Positions 29,939-37,805 of a stretch of 64,000 nt of DNA are shown piece by piece. The notes beneath the pieces were generated by a model, which saw only the letters and a program-made list of their open reading frames with translations, did not search any database and had not been told where the DNA came from. The DNA is from Spirochaetia bacterium (GTDB lineage Bacteria; Spirochaetota; Spirochaetia; DSM-16054; Sediminispirochaetaceae): NCBI GenBank assembly GCA_034520965.1, contig JAXHMY010000001.1, positions 832,001 to 896,000 of the forward strand, written 5' to 3'. Each line of letters begins with the position of its first letter. Position 1 is the first letter of the stretch. Position numbers and translations under genes: made by a program.

Positions 29939-30041
29939 ATTACACCTCAACTAATGTAATTATATAGTAGTTACGTAATTTCGTCAATCTTTTGCTTGCT
30001 AAGGATTGCAAGCTTCTTCTTTCTCTTAGGTTCGTGATTTC

Positions 30042-30135
30042 GTCTAACGTCCCGCGAGTAGCCGAAGTTGACGACCAACGGGAGCCAATTTGGGCGAAGG
30101 CGCTTGTCGCCGGAGCCGGGTACTCGCTGTTATCT
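30042..30135 (-). repeat. attC-like site
   Basis: GTCTAAC...family body...GTTATCT. Confidence 0.9.
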
Positions 30136-30160
30136 GGAGGTTTTGGTGGTTCATTTCAAC

Positions 30161-30433
30161 TTACATAAGCGCTATCTTAATCTTCTTTCCTAAAGCCTTT
30201 GCTACTTTTTCTATTGTTGATAGTTTAATATCTTCCGAATGATTTTCCATCCTCGATATGACACTTTTTGTTGTATTAATCCTATTTGCTAACTCTTCTT
30301 GTGTTAACCCACTTCTTTCTCTTGCTTCTTTTAAGAAAATCCCGATTTTGTAATCCTCATAACCTTCCCAAAACTCTTCACCGGATATTCCTTCATTTCT
30401 TATTCTTTTATCTACGTAATCATTGAGGTCCAT
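30161..30433 (-). CDS. XRE-type HTH antitoxin (copy)
   Basis: Near-identical to 19655-19927. Confidence 0.88.
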   Translation of the reverse strand: MDLNDYVDKRIRNEGISGEEFWEGYEDYKIGIFLKEARERSGLTQEELANRINTTKSVISRMENHSEDIKLSTIEKVAKALGKKIKIALM

Positions 30434-30782
30434 GTTTTTTCCTCCTAAAATAGTCTGTCTTATAAGTTTCAGCTTTTTTAATTTCATTTCGAGATGCCTT
30501 TTGTGTTTTCTTAATAATTCCATGTGTTATTACAATCAGATTATTCTTATCCCAAAAACTGAACAACCTGTAAATGTTTGTTCCAACCTTTATTCTTACT
30601 TCCCAAATTCCATCAGTTGATGCCAACTTCTTGAAATAGGTTTTTGGTACAAAATCCATTTCTTCTATTATCTTTAATGTCCATGCAATCTTCTTCACTA
30701 CACCCATCTCAAGGCTATCAAGAAATTCCTCAACAGGACATTTTCCTTTATCAGTTGTGTAGAAGATCACTTCTCTATGCAT
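30420..30782 (-). CDS. Gp49-like RelE-superfamily toxin (copy)
   Basis: Near-identical to 19914-20276. Confidence 0.88.
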   Translation of the reverse strand: MHREVIFYTTDKGKCPVEEFLDSLEMGVVKKIAWTLKIIEEMDFVPKTYFKKLASTDGIWEVRIKVGTNIYRLFSFWDKNNLIVITHGIIKKTQKASRNEIKKAETYKTDYFRRKKHGPQ

Positions 30783-30852
30783 AAGAGAATGTTAGCATGC
30801 GTGCTAACAATATTCAAGACATTATTTTAAGCTATTTCCTACCAAAACTTTC

Positions 30853-30945
30853 AGATAACGGGCGCGGCTATATGAAGTTTTTGCGTAACGCAGTAAAGCA
30901 AAAATTTGGGTGTTGCGAAGCGTAACCATATAGCTGCTGTTAGCG
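30853..30945 (-). repeat. attC-like site (variant stem)
   Basis: AGATAAC-GGGC-GCGGCTATATG...CATATAGCTGC-T-GTTAGCG. Confidence 0.85.
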
Positions 30946-31014
30946 GCAGTTTTTTCTCTTGACCAATATTTTCACATCTTATTCCAAAAATTGATTTTAT
31001 GCAGATAGATAATT

Positions 31015-32151
31015 CTAATACATAGCTTTTAGAATTTCAGGAATGACCCGATAAGGAACTGCTCCAGCACTTGTTTCATCCACACTACCGCAAAGATACA
31101 GGTCGAGTTGTGGACACCAAAATAGCCAGCAGCCGGTTGAACCAGTGTGCCCGATAACTTCTGGTAACTTCTTCATAGAGGTAAAAATCCTAGGTAGCTG
31201 GAAACGCATCAGTCCCAATCCGTATTCAATAGGCCAACCAGGAGAGCGCAATGAAGCACGGTCTAGAGGTAGCCCAAATCGATTCCAATTATTCTGCATA
31301 ATGTTAAATGTGTCTTTCTTATTAAAAACTTGATTCTGTATTAATTTACGCAAAAAAGCAATCATATCGCGTGTAGTGCTGTAAATGCCTCTAAAAGATT
31401 TCATCAGTTTTGGGATTTGAACAATCTGCCCACCAGCGCGCAGTGGTATTGGCAGCTGAGTTAAGACAAGGGGTTGTGAAAACCCAGGGAAATAGGTGTT
31501 TTTAAGTGACAATGGTTTATAGAGCATGTTTTCGTGAACAATGTGCAATGGCGCATTACAAATCGCTTCAATTAGAGCAATAATGAGGATGTAATTTGTA
31601 TCAGAATAACGCACTTTGATCTTTCGACCTGACGGATTTTGTGGCGGGAAATGCGGTTTTAACTTAATACGGACTATTTCCGCAATGTCTATAAAAGAAA
31701 AAGCCATATCACCTTGTGTCAAGATTTGTTCAACGACGCTTTTACCACCCTTTGGAGAATCTTCTAACCAATCGCCCAGACCAGAGGTGTGCGAAAGGAG
31801 GTGTCGGATTGTAATTTTTTTTGAATAGTCGATTCCCTTGTAAGTGTGCAGTCTATGAAAAAGTTCAGATGGCAAGTAGTCTGAAATAGGGTCGTCCAAA
31901 TTTAACTTGCCCTGCTCACTTAATAACATAATAATGGTAGCGTTAAAAATTTTATCTATACTGGCGATGAAGAAGGGAGAATTAGCATTTACTTGCACAT
32001 CATCTTGATTTATTTCTCCTGCTATACCTGTCCATTGAAAAGATCGATCACTGTTCTCCACAGTCAAAATGGCCTGTTTGATATTTTTTTTTAAAACTAG
32101 GTTATTTAGTACCATTTGGAATGAGTTATTATCAATATTCTTCATTGCCAT
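31015..32151 (-). CDS. Serine hydrolase, beta-lactamase/class C-like family
   Basis: SIDK (SxxK), LLSHTSG, YSDTNY, GHTG. Confidence 0.88.
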   Translation of the reverse strand: MAMKNIDNNSFQMVLNNLVLKKNIKQAILTVENSDRSFQWTGIAGEINQDDVQVNANSPFFIASIDKIFNATIIMLLSEQGKLNLDDPISDYLPSELFHRLHTYKGIDYSKKITIRHLLSHTSGLGDWLEDSPKGGKSVVEQILTQGDMAFSFIDIAEIVRIKLKPHFPPQNPSGRKIKVRYSDTNYILIIALIEAICNAPLHIVHENMLYKPLSLKNTYFPGFSQPLVLTQLPIPLRAGGQIVQIPKLMKSFRGIYSTTRDMIAFLRKLIQNQVFNKKDTFNIMQNNWNRFGLPLDRASLRSPGWPIEYGLGLMRFQLPRIFTSMKKLPEVIGHTGSTGCWLFWCPQLDLYLCGSVDETSAGAVPYRVIPEILKAMY

Positions 32152-32210
32152 TTGCTTTACTCCTCAAATATGCTCATATATTTACGTCTCTTACTGGGAA
32201 AATAAATTGC

Positions 32211-32298
32211 CGCTAACGTTCTGCGAGTACCCGAAGTTGGCGAACAACGGGAGCCAATTTGGGCGGAGCGAAGCGTAGCCGGGTACTCGCTGTTATAT
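32211..32298 (-). repeat. attC-like site (first cassette)
   Basis: CGCTAAC...GCGAGTACCCG/CGGGTACTCGC...GTTATAT. Confidence 0.9.
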
Positions 32299-32330
32299 GA
32301 CGTTTCGGGGGCGTTCTTAGACATACTATT

Positions 32331-32744
32331 TTACTTTGTCTCTGGGAAAAATTGATTTTTATTTCCACAGTTTAGACATACCCCCCTATGAACACATAAC
32401 AGATTACCACACTCGTTACATTTCCATTTTTCTTTCTCTATGTTTATAAATTTAGTCAGTCCTATTTCCTTAATTGTTTTAAGATTTATTATCGGGCTTT
32501 CACCATATTTTGTTGTATATCGTTTATCCAGATTTTTAATTCTTCTACAAGGAAATTTACTGCATTCGGTGCACAACCGTTTTTCATCCCCTTTTTTTTC
32601 AGGACATGATTTTATACTACAAACAGTACAATGGTACGGTTTATTACCTATGCTATTACACCCAACACATTTATTTTTTATTCTTTGGAAGCCTAAACAT
32701 AGATCACATATTACTCCACATGGAGCAATACTAGTGTTATTCAT
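32331..32744 (-). CDS. DUF3795-like cysteine-rich protein
   Basis: APCGVICDLC, CVGC, CTECSKFPC, C-terminal CxxC...CxxC. Confidence 0.8.
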   Translation of the reverse strand: MNNTSIAPCGVICDLCLGFQRIKNKCVGCNSIGNKPYHCTVCSIKSCPEKKGDEKRLCTECSKFPCRRIKNLDKRYTTKYGESPIINLKTIKEIGLTKFINIEKEKWKCNECGNLLCVHRGVCLNCGNKNQFFPETK

Positions 32745-32802
32745 ATTTAATAACTCCTGCTTTTTTCATCTTATAAATCATTTCCATAGCCCCCGAAATG
32801 TC

Positions 32803-32848
32803 ATATAACTCCCAATATCTTGTTCTATCTTGCACTTTTTCACAGCTT
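32803..32848 (-). other. attI-like primary recombination site at the 3' end of the recombinase gene
   Basis: First cassette starts G/TTATATG at 32809 with no preceding hairpin; two CAAGATA direct repeats 10 bp apart (32816-32832). Confidence 0.7.
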
Positions 32849-33922
32849 CTATCCTCCCGGGAGGGTGTCAAAGGGGCTGGTGATATTTTGTACGCTGAGA
32901 TTGCTTACGTGGGTGTAGATTTCGGTGGTACGGGAGCTTTTATGGCCCAGGAGCTCCTGGATGTAGCGTAGATCGGTGCCGTTTTCAAGTAGGTGCGTGG
33001 CGAAGGCGTGACGGAGAGAGTGGAAACTGAGTTGTTTGGTGATTTCGGTGCGCGACAGTGCCCGGTCAAAAATCGCCTGGGCGGAACGGACGGACAGGTG
33101 TTTTGAGAGCTGCTGTCCGGGAAAAAGCCAGCTGTGAAGCATAAAGTTGTTCCGGTACTGGGTGTAGAGAGCCTGTAGGCTGCGCGGAAGGATGGTGTAG
33201 CGGTCCTTATTTCCCTTTGCTGCACGGATATGGAGGAGGCCGCGGTCGAAATCAAGGTCGCCGAGCTTAAGACGGACGACCTCGCTCACGCGCACACCTC
33301 CGGAGTAGGCGAGTGAGAGGAGAAAACGGTGTTTGATGTTGGAGAGGATATCGGGATACTTTCTGCTCATCCGGGGGACGGGAATTGAATCCGCCGGATT
33401 GGGATAGCGCTGCGGGTAGTTTATCCTGAAGAAATGGCGCAATGCGCTTACACAGTGCACCGCGCCGCTGCGAGAGAGCCCTATACTGTCGGCCAGGCTT
33501 TCTAGATAAAGAACTATTCGTTCCCGGGTAACCTGAGCGGGAGGGCAGGCGGTACGCTGGAAAAACCTCCGCACCTGGCTTTCATATACCTGCATTGTGC
33601 TTCTGCTGTAGCCGGCCAGCTGGAGCTCCCGCCACATGGCGGCAAGGCCCGGGGTCAAATCGGGTACTTCAGGGGCTTTAGGTGCTACCCTTTGGGTGGG
33701 GGGCGCTGCTTTTTCGGATTCGGGCAGGCTGAACAGCCCTGTGTGGTGCAGTTTTTTCAAAAGGTCGTCAAGGTTGGACTGGCTGTCGGATATGATCCAG
33801 TGTTCATTAGTGGGATCCCATTGCCGCCCGGGAATGCTTCGCAACAGCTTGACCACACCGGGATGATAAGGAGTCTTTATAATTAAGTGTCCCCTGTGGT
33901 CTCCTCGTATCGAGAGCTGCAT
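32849..33922 (-). CDS. Tyrosine recombinase (integron-integrase-like, lacks I2 insertion; N-terminal HARP-like plus SAM-like domains)
   Basis: GVRVSE, KGNKDR, HSLRHAFATHLLE, LLGH, TEIYTHV. Confidence 0.93.
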   Translation of the reverse strand: MQLSIRGDHRGHLIIKTPYHPGVVKLLRSIPGRQWDPTNEHWIISDSQSNLDDLLKKLHHTGLFSLPESEKAAPPTQRVAPKAPEVPDLTPGLAAMWRELQLAGYSRSTMQVYESQVRRFFQRTACPPAQVTRERIVLYLESLADSIGLSRSGAVHCVSALRHFFRINYPQRYPNPADSIPVPRMSRKYPDILSNIKHRFLLSLAYSGGVRVSEVVRLKLGDLDFDRGLLHIRAAKGNKDRYTILPRSLQALYTQYRNNFMLHSWLFPGQQLSKHLSVRSAQAIFDRALSRTEITKQLSFHSLRHAFATHLLENGTDLRYIQELLGHKSSRTTEIYTHVSNLSVQNITSPFDTLPGG

Positions 33923-33945
33923 GTTCCCACCTTTTTGTTTATTCC

Positions 33946-33974
33946 ACTATAATCCCGGCTGTGAGTGGCGTCAA
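33946..33974 (-). promoter_or_regulatory. Putative promoter of the recombinase gene
   Basis: TTGACG-N17-TATAGT followed by AGGTGG RBS. Confidence 0.6.
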
Positions 33975-34013
33975 GCAGAAGGTCTAATGATTATACAGGC
34001 GAACTTTACAGGC

Positions 34014-34412
34014 TTAGTCATGTCCGCCGGGGACTGCCGCGATTGCCTCAATTTCTACCTGGTAGCCAAAATGAAGCTCCCGGGTTGGTACTACCGCTCT
34101 AGCCGGGCGGTGGCTGCCAAAGAACTGGGCATAGACCTCGTTGACTCTGTCCCACAGGGAGATATCTGCTATATACACGGTTGTTTTGAGGACATCCTGC
34201 TTCCTGCAGCCCGCTTCCGAGAGGATGGCTTCGAGATTTGCCAGCACCTGCCTGGTCTGGACTTCGATGCTTCCAACCTCCCCTACTCCCTTATTCGGGT
34301 CTACCGGGAGCTGCCCGGATACAAAAACCAGCCCCATATGCACAACTGCCTGGGCGTAGTGCCCCGCCGGTTTCGGCGCAGCCTGCGATTTAATTTCATC
34401 CATAAAAGACAC
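34014..34412 (-). CDS. ridA: RidA/YjgF family enamine deaminase
   Basis: GHYAQAV, VSGQLP, PARAVV, VEIEAIA. Confidence 0.9.
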   Translation of the reverse strand: MSFMDEIKSQAAPKPAGHYAQAVVHMGLVFVSGQLPVDPNKGVGEVGSIEVQTRQVLANLEAILSEAGCRKQDVLKTTVYIADISLWDRVNEVYAQFFGSHRPARAVVPTRELHFGYQVEIEAIAAVPGGHD

Positions 34413-34545
34413 CTCTCTATGATTATAATTATACTATGTCCGGGCAGGTGAAAGTAAGTACCCATCTGTGTAAAGGAGCAGCACCCCGGAAGCTCCGGCA
34501 AATACAACCATGAGGCTATCACTATCACCGCTAATATAAAAGAGA

Positions 34546-36015
34546 TTACACACCGCCGCCCCTGCCCAGACTGAGCACCATGCTTCCATATGCAGGCAGG
34601 CTGAGCTCCAGGACACTGCCTTTCACTGGAACAAAGGTACCCGGCCGGAACATATCCTCTGCAGCTGAGCTGTGGGATTCAACTGATAGTGAAATTGTGG
34701 TCTGCTCGCCTAAAGAGCTGACAACCACTACAATCCGTTCTTCCTCCGTAACCCGTTCAAAGGCAATTATATGATGATCCAGATACAGGGGCCGATAGCT
34801 ACCACCGCATAGAGCCGTCGATCGGCGGCGCAGCTCCGCCAGTTCTGCAATAAAGGCACTCAACTCGGGCGCCGCATCCGCCGTTTCCCGGCGCCACAAC
34901 ACCTCGGTCCACGCCGGCCGCAGCGCCGCATCCGAATGCTCGCTCCGGCGCCCCTCTATTCCGAACTCACTTCCATAGTAGATAGAAGGAATCCCCGGAA
35001 TGGTAAACAGCAGCGCGTACAGCGGAAAAAGGTGCCGCGGATTATCCAGTTTCGACGCCACCCGGTTCACATCGTGATTATCCGCAAAGTTGTAGAGCAC
35101 CGGTTTGCAGTCGGCCCCGGGTCCACCGCCATTGTCGTTACACGCGCGGCCCCCGCTCCCGTTTGCCTGCCCGAAGTTCCGCTCCAGCGAGTGGGCCAGC
35201 TCGAAGTAGTTCCGATCATTGTGGGCCGACCACAGCGCCTTGTACGTCTCGTAATTCGTCAGGCTGTGCAGCCCCGTCTCAGCGGCAAAGCGGTCATACT
35301 CGCCGTGAATAATCTCGCCCAGCAGGAAAAAGCCCTTGCCCCGGGTAGTAAACTCCCGCAGCTCCCGCAAAAAATCCGGCGGGAGGGCATAGGCCACATC
35401 CAGTCGCAGTCCGTCGATTTCAAAGTCATCAATCATCTGCGCCACCGCCCCAAACAGGTGCTCACGCATCTCACGGTTGTCCAGATTCAGCTCCGGCAGC
35501 TCTTCGTGCCCCTCCCAAGCCCGATAGGTAAACCCGTCGCCGAAGCGGTTGTTCGCCGAAAAATCGACCGCCTTGAACCAGTCGCGGTACGGCGAGGCGG
35601 CACCCCGCTGCCGCAGGTCAAAAAAGGCAAAGTGATCGCGGCTGGTATGGTTAAACACCCCGTCCAGCACCACCCGCAGTCCATTCTCGTGCAGCCGCCG
35701 TACCACGCTGCGCAGGGTATCGTTGTTTCCTAGCCGCCGGTCGACATGATAATGATCCACCGTGTCGTAGCCGTGGGAAGTCGATTCGAACAGCGGACCC
35801 AGATACACCGCATCGCAGCCGAGCCGGCGAATATGCCCGGCGGCCTCAGCGACCGCATCCAGCCGCGGTTCGGCCGGCGAAGCAAAATCGTTCCGCTCCG
35901 GCGCCTCGCAAAACCCGAGGGTATAAATGTGATAAAAGATGCTATGCCGCCACCACTCGCAGCTTTTGCCGCCAGCTGGTTCAGTAATCTCCGTATCTGT
36001 GAATATGGTGTTCAT
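34546..36015 (-). CDS. GH13 alpha-amylase family glycosidase (cyclomaltodextrinase-like)
   Basis: HGYDT, DGVFNH, GLRLDVA, GEIIHG, DNHD, IYYGSE. Confidence 0.9.
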   Translation of the reverse strand: MNTIFTDTEITEPAGGKSCEWWRHSIFYHIYTLGFCEAPERNDFASPAEPRLDAVAEAAGHIRRLGCDAVYLGPLFESTSHGYDTVDHYHVDRRLGNNDTLRSVVRRLHENGLRVVLDGVFNHTSRDHFAFFDLRQRGAASPYRDWFKAVDFSANNRFGDGFTYRAWEGHEELPELNLDNREMREHLFGAVAQMIDDFEIDGLRLDVAYALPPDFLRELREFTTRGKGFFLLGEIIHGEYDRFAAETGLHSLTNYETYKALWSAHNDRNYFELAHSLERNFGQANGSGGRACNDNGGGPGADCKPVLYNFADNHDVNRVASKLDNPRHLFPLYALLFTIPGIPSIYYGSEFGIEGRRSEHSDAALRPAWTEVLWRRETADAAPELSAFIAELAELRRRSTALCGGSYRPLYLDHHIIAFERVTEEERIVVVVSSLGEQTTISLSVESHSSAAEDMFRPGTFVPVKGSVLELSLPAYGSMVLSLGRGGGV

Positions 36016-36044
36016 ATGGTGTGCCTCCCTTGCAAAAAGTTTTG

Positions 36045-36060
36045 TATACCGTTCGGTATA
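36045..36060. promoter_or_regulatory. TetR operator palindrome upstream of amylase
   Basis: TATACCGTTCGGTATA, identical to 36695-36710. Confidence 0.75.
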
Positions 36061-36117
36061 TAGATGTTAAAAAATTTTAGCGCTTCAAACCTTGTGTGCC
36101 GTACTGTCCGCTGCCAC

Positions 36118-36684
36118 TCATGAATATATCCCGTGACTGAACTGGTGCACCACCCGGTAGGGCAAGTCCGCGCTTACCTCAACCCGCCCGTCTAAAATAA
36201 GCCGTACGTAGGTGAGGACAGTCCCGGTAAAGGACAAGGCATACGCTTCCTCCCGGCCGCGCATGTTCCCGTGGTCCTCCACCGCGTAGCGAAACATATA
36301 GTGAAAGTTGTCCGCCACCTCCTCCAGAAACGCCTCCGCCCGACCGGCCGCCTCGCTTTCAGCCGGTGCATTCCGCAAATACAGAAACAGCCGCATAAAC
36401 ACCGGCGACTGCCGGGCATACCGGAAAAAAACACGCGCACTCTCTTCCAGGCACCAGGTCAAATCACCCCCGTAGGTCGAAGGCCCGCGCAGGTCCTTCA
36501 GCAACGGTCCGGCATAGTGTTCAAGTACCGCATCCAGAACCCCCGACTTGCTGCCGAAGTAGTAATACAGGGTCGGTTTGGTCACTCCCCCGGCCTCGCA
36601 CAACTCCTGCACTCCCACCGCATCGTAGCCGCGGGCAGCAAACAAGCCCAGTGCCCCGTCCAGTATTAAGCTCCGTGTTTCCAT
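36118..36684 (-). CDS. TetR/AcrR family regulator
   Basis: LFAARGY...GVTKPTLYYYFGSK. Confidence 0.92.
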   Translation of the reverse strand: METRSLILDGALGLFAARGYDAVGVQELCEAGGVTKPTLYYYFGSKSGVLDAVLEHYAGPLLKDLRGPSTYGGDLTWCLEESARVFFRYARQSPVFMRLFLYLRNAPAESEAAGRAEAFLEEVADNFHYMFRYAVEDHGNMRGREEAYALSFTGTVLTYVRLILDGRVEVSADLPYRVVHQFSHGIYS

Positions 36685-36694
36685 AATCTCATTA

Positions 36695-36710
36695 TATACC
36701 GTTCGGTATA
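36695..36710. promoter_or_regulatory. TetR autoregulatory operator
   Basis: TATACCGTTCGGTATA just upstream of tetR ATG. Confidence 0.75.
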
Positions 36711-36917
36711 TAAACACAAGCGAAACAAGCACTCATAAATGCCCTGGCCACGCGAAGATATTCGCAGTTCCATCGGGACCCAGGCTCACGCCCCCATGAC
36801 CGAAAAGAGCTTCGAGAAGTTTCTGAAAACTCTCGAAGCTTAAGAACGCAGAGCCGGGGGCCGGCGAACATTTTACTTTTCCGGAATGACACCCTTGGTC
36901 AGAATAATACAGGCGGA

Positions 36918-37805
36918 TTAATCGCTGTCCATAGCCGAGGTCATCTCGGCGGCTTTATAGGAACTGCGAACAAAGGGGGCGGAGGCGACAAAGGCAAAGC
37001 CCTTTTGGTAGCCGGTTCGCTGGTACGCCTTAAAGGCGTCCGGGTGGATGTACTCGGCCACCGGGTAGTGACTCTTGCTGGGGGGCAGGTACTGGCCGAT
37101 GGTCAGGAAGTCGCAGTCGACGCTGCGCAGGTCGTCCATAACGGTTTCGATCTCGGAGAGGCTCTCGCCCAGGCCTAGCATGAGGCCCGATTTTGTGTAC
37201 ACCCGGGGGTTGAGCTGTTTGGCCGCCTGTAGGACCTTTAGGGATTGGCGGTAGTCGGCCTGGGGGCGGACCTGGGAATAGAGGCGGGGGATGGTTTCGA
37301 GGTTGTGGTTGAGGATGTCCGGGCCCGAGTCTAAGACCGTTTTTAGGGCGGCACGGTCTCCTTGCAGGTCGGGTATCAGCAACTCGATGGTAGCCTCGGG
37401 TTTTTGTGCGCGGATGGCCTGGACGGTGGCGGCAAAGTGGCCGGCCCCGCCGTCGGGCAGGTCGTCGCGGGTAACGGAGGTGATAACCACATGCACAAGG
37501 CCCAGCTCGACCACCGCCTGGGCTAAGCGGGCGGGCTCGTCGGGCTGTACTTCCTGGGCTTTGCCGATGGGCACATCGCAGAAGCGGCAGTTGCGGGTAC
37601 AGATGTCACCCAGAATCATAAAGGTGGCGGTGCGGCTGCTGAAACACTCCATCCGGTTGGGGCAATTGGCCGCTTCGCAGACGGTGTTGAGGTGCAGCTC
37701 TTTCAACAGGCGTTTGACCGAGTTGAGGTTGCCGCCGCTGCGGATGGGGACCCTCAGCCACTCGGGTTTGGGGGCCGGTCTGGAATTCGGGTTTGGTTTT
37801 ATCAT
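36918..37805 (-). CDS. lipA: Lipoyl synthase
   Basis: CEAANCPNRMEC, CTRNCRFC, VRSSY. Confidence 0.96.
   Translation of the reverse strand: MIKPNPNSRPAPKPEWLRVPIRSGGNLNSVKRLLKELHLNTVCEAANCPNRMECFSSRTATFMILGDICTRNCRFCDVPIGKAQEVQPDEPARLAQAVVELGLVHVVITSVTRDDLPDGGAGHFAATVQAIRAQKPEATIELLIPDLQGDRAALKTVLDSGPDILNHNLETIPRLYSQVRPQADYRQSLKVLQAAKQLNPRVYTKSGLMLGLGESLSEIETVMDDLRSVDCDFLTIGQYLPPSKSHYPVAEYIHPDAFKAYQRTGYQKGFAFVASAPFVRSSYKAAEMTSAMDSD

Larger units (their letters stand above)
11230..33922 (-). mobile_element. Integron-like platform: recombinase, attI-like site and 22 gene cassettes
   Basis: Co-oriented small ORFs separated by 21 related TAAC...GTT hairpin repeats; each cassette has mutually complementary ends; tyrosine recombinase at the head. 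Confidence 0.92.

Noticed and set aside
11230..32298. CRISPR array interpretation of the recurring repeats
   Set aside because: Repeats are 83-136 bp, variable, separated by whole genes, and no cas genes are present.
33923..34013. LexA box at the recombinase promoter
   Set aside because: No CTGT-N8-ACAG or GAAC-N4-GTTC motif recognised; the box for this lineage may differ.
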